A stretch of DNA of 64,000 nt from Octopus bimaculoides (Eukaryota), in the NCBI RefSeq assembly GCF_001194135.2, contig NC_068985.1, positions 78,945,167 to 79,009,166 on the forward strand, given 5' to 3'. Below the pieces are notes generated by a model, which had not been told where the DNA came from, did no database searches, and saw only the letters and a program-made list of their open reading frames with translations. The position numbers and the translations under genes are program-made. Position 1 is the stretch's first letter; every line of letters begins with the position of its first letter. Of this stretch, positions 25,340 through 35,104 are shown piece after piece.

Positions 25340-26436
25340 TATGTATTTGTATATGTATATATATATGTATATGTATATATATGTAAATCCCACACCCCAC
25401 AAAAAAAAGAACACGCAAAAAAACAATGTGAGGACATGGTACATGTAAAGTATTAGCAGACATTCAGAGAAGGAAAGAAAGATAGTTTAACGTTTCGAAC
25501 AGATGCACTTCTTCAGAAACAGAGGAAAGTCCAATAGAAAATGAAGACGGTGGAAGAAAATCACCAATGATTCACATGTGGTTACATTTTGAAATGACCG
25601 GAAGGGAATAGGTGAAGAAAAAGTTCTTTCTAAGACAGGAGAGTGTAAGAGGAGGTATGTGTGTATGTGCGTGTTTGAGTGGTTTCGGCTGTTTATGTGT
25701 ATGTGTGAGTGAACTTTGTGTCTCTTAATGTTATAGGAAGAATTCAGCAGCATGGTAACAGGAGTGTCTCTTCATGTGTGGTCAGTAGATAGGTGTTTAA
25801 CTGGCAGTTTGAAGTATGTGTGTTGTATATGTGTATATGTGTGTGTGTGTGTATGTGTGCATGGCGTATGTGCATGAACGTGGGGTTGTGTGTGTGTGTG
25901 GAGGTATATGCGCATTCTTGTGCATGTATGAGCATGCGTGTGCTTGTATATGTGTACGTGGGGCTGTGTGTTAGGTATGTGTGCATTCTTGTGCATGTGT
26001 ACATGGGAGGTATATATGCATATGTATGTAAGCGTATATGTGTGGAGGTATATGTGCATTCCTGTATGTTTGTGGAAGTATGTGCATGTGTGTGGTGTAC
26101 GGGAGGTGCATGTGCATTCACGTGTGTGCACAGGTGCATGTATATGCACATGTGTGCATGTATACAGAAATAAAAAATATAATAAAATAAGATTGATAAA
26201 TAAAGGGATGAAAAATAGGTGAAAGTGTACGGGATGTAAAAAAAATTACAGAAAATAACAGATAAAGATAAAAAATAAAGAATAATAAAATAATAAAAAT
26301 TAAAAGGATAAAATAGAAAGTAATACAATTATAAAAAAAATAATGCAATGAAAAAGTTAAACTATTCGATGGAAAGAAAATGATAAAAAAATCAAGAAAA
26401 GGGTAACTGTAAAAAAGTGAGTGGGTATAAGAGATG
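25340..26436 (-). mobile_element. Penelope-like-element-derived repeat (pLTR-like) with CA-rich interior
   Basis: Inferred from the hammerhead-core signature CTGANGA...CGAAACGTT typical of PLE terminal repeats, with T-rich and CA-rich low-complexity sequence upstream. Bounded by gaps on both sides. Confidence 0.4.
25485..25520 (-). ncRNA. Minimal type I hammerhead ribozyme motif (stem II degenerate)
   Basis: Minus strand GTTT-CTGAAGA-A-GTGC-ATCT-GTTC-GAAAC-GTT-AAAC: stem I GTTT/AAAC, core CUGANGA and GAAA, palindromic AACGTT stem III, GUU triplet. Confidence 0.6.
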
Positions 26437-27225
26437 NNNNNNNNNNNNNNNNNNNNNNNNNNNNNNNNNNNNNNNNNNNNNNNNNNNNNNNNNNNNNNNN
26501 NNNNNNNNNNNNNNNNNNNNNNNNNNNNNNNNNNNNNNNNNNNNNNNNNNNNNNNNNNNNNNNNNNNNNNNNNNNNNNNNNNNNNNNNNNNNNNNNNNNN
26601 NNNNNNNNNNNNNNNNNNNNNNNNNNNNNNNNNNNNNNNNNNNNNNNNNNNNNNNNNNNNNNNNNNNNNNNNNNNNNNNNNNNNNNNNNNNNNNNNNNNN
26701 NNNNNNNNNNNNNNNNNNNNNNNNNNNNNNNNNNNNNNNNNNNNNNNNNNNNNNNNNNNNNNNNNNNNNNNNNNNNNNNNNNNNNNNNNNNNNNNNNNNN
26801 NNNNNNNNNNNNNNNNNNNNNNNNNNNNNNNNNNNNNNNNNNNNNNNNNNNNNNNNNNNNNNNNNNNNNNNNNNNNNNNNNNNNNNNNNNNNNNNNNNNN
26901 NNNNNNNNNNNNNNNNNNNNNNNNNNNNNNNNNNNNNNNNNNNNNNNNNNNNNNNNNNNNNNNNNNNNNNNNNNNNNNNNNNNNNNNNNNNNNNNNNNNN
27001 NNNNNNNNNNNNNNNNNNNNNNNNNNNNNNNNNNNNNNNNNNNNNNNNNNNNNNNNNNNNNNNNNNNNNNNNNNNNNNNNNNNNNNNNNNNNNNNNNNNN
27101 NNNNNNNNNNNNNNNNNNNNNNNNNNNNNNNNNNNNNNNNNNNNNNNNNNNNNNNNNNNNNNNNNNNNNNNNNNNNNNNNNNNNNNNNNNNNNNNNNNNN
27201 NNNNNNNNNNNNNNNNNNNNNNNNN

Positions 27226-27281
<56 letters not shown>

Positions 27282-27344
27282 TACATACATACATATTTAT
27301 GTATATATATGGATATGTGTATGTATATATGAGGAGGAGGAGGT

Positions 27345-27595
27345 GACCCCCTTCGGTCATGAATGATCATGGGATTGCACCTAGAAAGTTACTTTCCGAG
27401 ATACAAGACCAGGTAAGGTTGTTTGTGGAAGGCCAGCAGTTGCCCATGTATACCAGCCTCCCCTCTCTACGCCGCCAATGTTATCCAAGGGAAAGGCAAA
27501 GGCCAATACAGCTTGGTACCAGTGATGTCGAAACTCATTTCTACAGCTGAGTGAACTGAAGTGATGTGAAATAAAGTGTCTTGCTCAATTGTTTG
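27345..27595 (-). mobile_element. SINE family D (5'-truncated), RTE-type tail
   Basis: Minus-strand tail cccatgatcattcatgaccgaagggggtc; body matches copies at 1207, 27904 and 57720. Confidence 0.85.
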
Positions 27596-27903
27596 ATTCA
27601 GGTTTTCCACATAAAACATGTCCAGGATGTTTGTTGTTTGATACCTCATTTTGTAAACATGTAAGGGTTAGCAACAGGAAGAGCATCTGGTCATGGAAAA
27701 CTCTCAACATACTCTCATTTGACTCATGCAAGCACAGAAAAGTAGATGTTAAAACTATGATGACGTTACACACATACATATTATCGTCATCATTTCTTGA
27801 CGCTGCATTGTTTTTGTTGTAAATCTGTGTACAAACTCCTCTATGTTTTCTTATTTATGTATGAATGTCTTTTGTACTGTTTTATGTAGGCCCTTGTAGA
27901 CAA

Positions 27904-28192
27904 GTGGAGGTGCATGGCTCAGTAGTTAGAGCATCAGGCTCACAATCATGAGGTACTGAGTTTGATTCCCGGACCGGGCTGTGTGTTGTGTTCTTGACTA
28001 AGACACTTTATTTCATGTTGCTGCAGTTCATTCAGCCGTAGAAAGGAGTTGCGATGTCACTGATGCCAAGCTGTATTGGCCTTTGCCTTTCTCTTGGATA
28101 ACATCAGTGACTTGGAGAAGGAAGGCTGGTATGCATGGGCAACTGCTGGTCCTCAATAAACAACCTTGCTGAACTGGTGCTTTGGAGGGGAA
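27904..28192 (+). mobile_element. SINE family D, fused at about 28193 to a family B SINE
   Basis: tRNA-like head gtggaggtgcatggctcagtagttagagc ... gagtttgattcccggaccggg. Switches to gtgtcttctactac (family B) before reaching its own tail. Confidence 0.85.
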
Positions 28193-28999
28193 GTGTCTTC
28201 TACTACAACCTCAGGCCTACCAAAGCCTTGTGAGTGGAATTGGTAGGTAAAGGAAAAAGCCTATCATGTGTGTGCATGTATCTAAGTGTGTGTCTTTATG
28301 TCTGTTTGTGTGTGTGTCCCCCCGACACCGCTTGACAACTGGTGGTGGTGTGTTTACATTCCTGCAATTAGGTGGTTCGGCAAAAGAGACTGATAGAATA
28401 AGTACTAGGCTTGAAAAAAAAATGTCCTGGGATCGATTTGTTCAACTAAAACCCTTCAAGGCACTGCTCCAGCATGGCCACAGTCTCAAATGACTGAAAC
28501 AAGTAAAAGAATATATATAAACACACACACTTGCACATATAAAACAGGCAGATTTTTTTTTTATATTCAGGAAAGTTTAATACCATAAGCAACCAACATA
28601 TGTAATTTAAGAAGTACCTATTATGTAATCAGATACAATATAGAAATGGAATAAATGAAGATTAAACATAACTAAAAACCAAAATGTCTGGATAATGTTA
28701 AATATATTAGCTGTTCAACCCTCACCCTCAAGCAGCAATGAAACTGGAATTTACAGGTGTATAGCACTTTTGACTCATTGTAAGAATTTTAGGATTTTTG
28801 TATCAATCAATTATGGAACAGTGACAGCTGTTTTAAGTTGTTGACTGCTAAAGGTATGGACACCACTGTAAATGGTGTGTTGTGTGTCTCTTCCCTTGGG
28901 GTATATATGTCTAAGCTTGCTTAGCCATCACTTGCAAGCAAGAATAACAAGTAGCTTGTACCAGGTCTTTTCTAATTGCTTTACGTGGTTATGTTACTT

Positions 29000-29400
29000 T
29001 ACAGTGTGGACATAAAAGCATCCAGTCCACACTGTAAAGTGGTTTGTGTATGGAAGGGTATCCAGCTATAAAAACCATGCCAAAACGGACTTCACCTGTG
29101 CTTGTCATCATCATCACTTAACGTCCACTTCCATGCTGGCATGGGTGGCACGGTTTGACAGGAGCCGGCCAGGCAGGAGCCGGCCAGGCAGGAGCCAGCA
29201 CCAGACTTCTGTAACTGTTTTAGCAGGATTTTTACAGCTGGATGCCCTTCCTAACACCAACCACTCAGCAGAGTGGACTTAGGTTTTTAACATGGCACAA
29301 GCACAGACGAGGCCAGTGTTGGCAAGGCTTTTACAGCTGGATGCCCTTCCAAACACCAACGACTTTACAGTGTGGCCTGGGTGCTTTTAAGTAGCACCTA
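29000..29400. mobile_element. Short repeat family C cluster (aggaagggcatccagc motif, (GAT)n tail)
   Basis: Fragments in both orientations plus an internal 15-bp duplication caggagccggccagg at 29159-29196. Other copies at about 2110-2260, 11660-11800, 22750-22900, 23060-23160, 30340-30580, 31325-31460, 32095-32240, 33050-33205. Confidence 0.7.
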
Positions 29401-29553
29401 CACTGACAGAGTCACCAAGTACTTGCAAGACCCAAAAAAAACTCTTTTGAGAGGAGAGAAGGCATTGGAGGAGGTGATGTTGTGTCAGATGATAAAAGGT
29501 TATAGCGAGACAGAAACAGGTGCCTTACTGTAGAGGAGGTACAAGGTTACCCA

Positions 29554-29598
<45 letters not shown>

Positions 29599-29934
29599 AG
29601 GAATGAAGACAGAAACAGGTGCACAGCTGCAAAGGAAATACATGGTTACCCAACCTGAGGGAAGTGCAGGGGAAAGAGACAGACAGACAGCAGGTTAGAG
29701 ATGATAGCAAAGTGTCAGGCCTACACAAAAGGGACAGGAATCAGAATATAAATGGGATGGTTGAGTAAAGGAAGAGAGAAATATAGATGGTGGCAAGTGC
29801 TAGGGCATACCCTTGAGGTTTGAACGTCATGATATAAATGGCAGGATATTGTGAGGAAGCATGATTAGAGAATGTGGAGGGGGGAGAGGCGAAAACCTAG
29901 GTATATATAGTCAAGGGGAGGGGCGGGCTACCGG

Positions 29935-30330
29935 ATAGCAATGATACAGAGGAACAGGGCCATGAGAACAGGATTGGGGAGTGAGAGGTAGGCATAGTAT
30001 ATGAAGGAGGAAATGTGAGGAAGAGATGTAGATTGGTTTGTTTGGGTAGAGTCTGGAAAGTTTTCTTGGTATGTATGGGTGGAACACACAGGTTGGGGGC
30101 TAGCAGATATCAATGATGTAGTGAGACAGGACATGTGGGTGGAGCACACAGGTTGGGGGCTAGCAGAGAGCAATGATACAGCGGGACAGGGCCAAGAGGA
30201 CAGGATTGGGGAGTGTGAGGTAAGCATAGTACATGAAGTGGAAATTCAAGGAAGAGAAGAGATGTAGTTTGGTTTGTTATGGTAGAATGCGCAAGAAGTT
30301 TTCTTGTTAAGTGTGGGTGGGACACACAGC
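29935..30330. repeat. Diverged tandem duplication (long-short-long units)
   Basis: About 165-bp unit at 29935-30103 and 30168-30330, separated by a ~64-bp internally deleted unit. Shared gggtggaacacacaggttgggggctagcaga and caggattggggagtg. Confidence 0.75.
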
Positions 30331-32489
30331 ACTTCTAGAACTCAGTTTCTCTGACATGGGAAGGTCTTCTCAAGAATCTCATATTGCCAGTGCCACGTAA
30401 AAAAGCACTCAGTCCACTCTGCTGAGTGGTTCGTGTCAGGAAAGGCATCCAGCTGTAAAATCCCTGTCAAAACAGACACAGAAGTCTGGTGAAGGTTCCT
30501 GCTTGGCCAGCTCCTGTCAAACCATCCAACCCATACCAACATAGAAGGTAGAGGTTAAACGCTGATGATGATGATGTAATCACAAACAGACACAAGACAC
30601 CCTTTGGGCATCCCACGCTTGAGCCAGAGAGAGAGGGGGGGATTGCATCATAAATTGGCCAGATGAATGAAATGAGATAACATGAAATGATGTGGCTTGC
30701 TCAAGGATACAATGCACTGCTAAATCCAGGGGAATCAAATGACTGCTTTTCCATACTTGCATCAAAAGACAAATGAAATTTGATGAGGCATATTTTCAAC
30801 TGGATACTTTTTCTAGCACCAATCCTAATCTGTTTCTAAGTACAGTAATATCTTTCCCTACTCTGGAATGTTTTCATGGAAGATCACAAACAAATGATAC
30901 CATCACTGAATTAGCATGTAAGTGATGCTGAATATTCCACAGACATATGTATATATTTTTCATAATTTTTTCATAAATGAGATAATTTTCATAATTTTTT
31001 CATAGTATAATTTTCAGCACAATCCTTCTAAGAAGCTTCCACATAGTATCCCTATACTCAATTTCACAAGGTGTGAGACAACTGGAGGCTGTGGTAAAAG
31101 GACACATGCTCAAGATTCAATACAGTGAAATCAAACCTTGGACTCTATTATTGTAAAGTGAAGTGAAGATTAGCACATGACACCAGTAATAAAATATATA
31201 CTGGTATCTACTTTGATGTCTTCATGTGTCAAGTTTAAAATCAGCCTATTGACATAGTTTTAATTTTTCAAGCCATTTAACTTCATCTGCAGTTGTGAAA
31301 AATTCCATCAATATTTACAGCTACTCATTTGGAAGGACATCCAGCCAGAGAAACCATGACATAGCTGACATTGCAGTTCAGCATGGCCCAGGTGGTTGCC
31401 AGACCCAGTCAAACTGTTCAATTATTGCCAGCATGGAAAACAAACATTAGATGATGACACTACAGTTTCACTTGCTTGATCTCCAATTAGGGTGTAAACA
31501 GATCATAAATATCTATACAAAAACAATAATTGGATCTCCAACTTCTAATCAAGGCAGCAAACTGACAGTTGTTAGAATATTGGATAGAATATTTTGCTCT
31601 ATTTGTTCAAGCTCTTGGCATTCTGACTTTCACCTTTCATCTTTCACAGTTGATGAATGAAGTACTAGTCATGGATGGTGAATTGATAGAACTGTTGGAA
31701 CATCAAAGATGCCTTACAGTATCTTTCATGTCTTTGTGTCCTGAGAACATGTACCAATGATGACATTGGTGCCAAGCTGAATTGGCCATGCCTTTCTTAT
31801 AGACAAAATTGGTGGGGTGGAGAAGGGAAATTTGCATGCATGAGTGACTGTTGGTTTTCAGTTAAAAATTAATTTTTAAAAAATTTGCTCAAAGTGTAGC
31901 TGTGTGGTTAAGAAGCTTCCTTCCTAACTATGTTGGTCTTGGGTTCAGTCCCACAGAATGGCACACCTTGAGCAAGTGTCTTCTACTATAGTCTCTCAGA
32001 GCTGACCAAAGCCTTACAAGTGGATTTGGTGGGCAAAAATTGAAAAAAGCCGATCGTGTGTGTGCATGTGTATAAAGCAACCAGCACATTATGTAAAATA
32101 GTTGGCATTAGGAAGGACATCCAGTTATAGAAATCATGCAAAACAGACAATTAGAGTCTGGACAGCTCTCCAGCTCCTGTCAAACCATCCAACACATGTC
32201 AGCATGGAAAAGGGATATTAAACAATGATGATAATGATAATAATAGTTTCCTTTTCCATTAAGGTAAGATGAACAAAAAAGTACACCATCCAGTGAGAAA
32301 TAAATATTGTTTAATGCAGACAGTATATAGTTATGAGATAATAGCTTCATACATTGGAGATATTTTATGAGCAGGTTTTAATAACATGCCTAGTGTCTCC
32401 AAGCAATCTTCGGGCTCTGAGCACATGGTCTATACAAGTTACAAATAAGAATAATAGAAGAGCAATCACAGGAAAAAACAAGAGGAAGG

Positions 32490-32690
32490 CAGATGCAAAA
32501 ATTATCAAACATTTCTTTAAACAATATTAGCTGTCAGGTCTTTAAACACCATGAGAGGGGGGCAAGACTGTTTATGCATGTAGGAAAGTTTCTCATTAGG
32601 GTTATGATACAGTTTATAAGAGGGATTGTTCAGATCTAGAGAAACATCTGCATCAACCATTTGTAGGTGATTTCCTACTACTCTTGGCAG
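32490..32690 (-). mobile_element. Penelope-like RT C-terminal fragment
   Basis: DVSLDLNNPSYKLYHNPNEKLSYMHKQSCPPLMVFKDLTANI then KEMFDN resembles PLE RT (LDVTL.L....YKPY.KPN....YI...SNHPP......I...FD). Confidence 0.6.
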
Positions 32691-33932
32691 ATGACACCTC
32701 TGCACCATTTAGGTGACAACCCTCCAACCCATGCACCTGTTTGGGTAGTTGTTGGTGAGGGTTTTATGAAGTTAGAGTGCTAATGCTACCCCCAACTTCT
32801 TTTAGTTGCCTTTTAAGACATGCAGAGGAAACACTGGATCCATTTTTGGACATGCTAGTCCCCACACAAAACAGTCATCTAGAACAAATGCTACAAAAGA
32901 TTCTATGCCATGCTTTAATGATTGTGGTTTGAGGTTCAGTACCACTGAATGACACTTTTGGTATGTCTTGTATTATAGCCCCCGTTGACCAATGCCTTTT
33001 GGGTTAATTTGATAGACAGAAACTGTGTGGAAGCCTGTAGCATATATCTATGTCCACTCTGTGGAGTGATTGGTGCTAGGAAGGGCATCCAGCCAAAACA
33101 ATTATGCCAAAACAGACAGTAAAGCATGGTAGTCTTTTGCCTAGCCAGCTCCTGTCAAACCATCCAATCCACTCCAGCATAGACAATGGATGTTAAATGA
33201 TGATGAGGGAGGAAGGATGTATGTATGTATGTATAGGCATGGGTATGGTTGTGTGGTAAGAAGTAGGCTTCCCAACCAAATGGTCCTGGGTTCAGTCCCA
33301 CTGTATGGTACCTTGGGAAAGTGTCTCCTACTATAGTGTTGGGTGGACCAAAGCCATGTGAGTGGATTTGGTAGACAGAAACTGAAAGAAGCCTATCATA
33401 TGTATGTATGTGTGTTTGTCCTCCACCACCAATTGACAACCGGTGATGGTGTGCTTATGTCCCTATAACTTACAGTCCAGCAAAGGAAGCTATTAGAATA
33501 AGTACTGGGGTTGTTCAACTAAAATTCCTGAAGGCAGTGTTCCAGCATGGCCACAGTCTAATGACTGAAACAAGTAAAAGAATGAAAGAATATATACATA
33601 AATACATGTATGTATGCGTTTCGTTGTGTTTGTACTTTATCCACACCATTGCTTGACAACTGATGTTGGTTTGTTTACATCTCCATGATTTAGTAGTTCA
33701 GTAAAAGAGACCAACAGAGTAAGTACCAGACTTAAAAACAAGCATTGGGGTCAATTTGTTTGACTAACCCCTTTAAAGATGTACCTCAGCATAGATGCAG
33801 TCCAATGACTGAAACAAGTAAAAGATAATATCCTGATTGTTGAAGTGGTTTTCACCCTCTGCATACGTGTGCTTGCATGTGTGTGTGTGTGTGTGTGTGT
33901 GTGCGAGCCAATTTCATTACATTTCAGAATAG

Positions 33933-34126
33933 ACTCACCTTTCTGCTGTTGCTGCTGCTGATGACAGCACAACAAACTACGCAGTATCCGATCAGCAGGA
34001 CAGTCGAAACTAAAGTAAAAGTAGTAGTGATGGTGGTGCTGGTACAGTTGGTGGTGGTGATAGTAGTAGTAATTTTGTCCCAGGTCAACTGATTGAATAT
34101 AGAGAGCTAGAGAAGGATCTGTAATG
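33933..34126. other. Exon-like segment with splice signals on both strands
   Basis: Minus: acceptors at 34127 and 34089, donor AAAG|GTGAGT at 33939/33938. Plus: acceptor ttacatttcagaatag at 33932 with frame 33933-34124. Three CpGs retained in a depleted region. Confidence 0.35.
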
Positions 34127-34293
34127 CTGAAAAGTGTCCCCAACCCAACTAGCTTTTGGTCTTTTTTAAGTGTAGATAGATCCATCTAGGATCACATTAG
34201 CTAATGTGTCTTTTACTTTTTTTTTCTTTTCAATTAAGATGGTAGAGTTTGATTTCAAAGACTTCAGTGCTATTTTTCGCAGGTTGACTAACC

Positions 34294-34329
<36 letters not shown>

Positions 34330-34704
34330 CAGTTGTTGTTGTTTGATGTTAGGATAATAAATAAAAGCACTGAAGAAGGCCATCACTACAGTAAAATAAC
34401 CGATGCAGGTAATTTCTTCATTTCATACAAGTGTACTAGACATTACTTACATTAACCCATAAAGCGCTGGGATTTGCACTTACATAGCATGGATTGCTGA
34501 GCACATTTTATGAAAATGAGACTACCATGTACACATAAAAAACAAAAAATAGTTAAAATATCTTCTTAACGTATAATGGTGGCAAGTTTTACACCATCTG
34601 AAAAGTCATTAGTTGAACTATTAGTCCTCTTGCATTCTGGGAGTATTGGAGTGTTTGAGTGACATTAGACCCCAACAAACATTCATAAATTAAATGCACC
34701 TATC

Positions 34705-34758
34705 TGGGCCACGATCGTGGCCTGTTGACCTGTACCTGATGGCCACGATTGTGGCCCA
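34705..34758. other. Double palindrome: 18-bp inverted arms that are each self-complementary
   Basis: tgggccacgatcgtggcc - 18 nt - ggccacgattgtggccca (17/18 match as an inverted repeat). Confidence 0.85.
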
Positions 34759-35104
34759 TTGCACTTTATGTGTTAACAACAATAACCATTTCTACAATAG
34801 GCAAAAGGACTAAAATTGGGGGGGGGGGGGTTAATTACATCGACTTCAGTGCTGAACTTGTACTTATTTTATCGACCCCTAAAAAGATTAAAAGCAAAAT
34901 CGATCCCAGCAGAATAATGTCAATAATAAGTTCAGGAAGGGGTCAGTCAATTACCTTGACCCCAGTGCTCAACTGGTACTTGTTTTATTGACCCAGAAAA
35001 GATGACAGGTAAAGTTGACCTCAGAGGAATTTAAACTCAGAACATAAACACGGACGAAATTCTAGGAAGCATTTAGCCCAGCATGCTTAACGACTGCCTT
35101 CTTT

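Noticed and set aside
24937-27370. Long ORFs in the supplied track here and at the other gaps
   Set aside because: They are runs of X across N gaps or translations of (TA)n, (CA)n, (GA)n and (TAA)n repeats.
28700-28790. Ig-like motif (LNILAVQP...ETGIYRCIA) on the plus strand
   Set aside because: No upstream Ig Cys/Trp strands and a poor acceptor; a short GxYxCxA match is plausible by chance in six frames of 64 kb.
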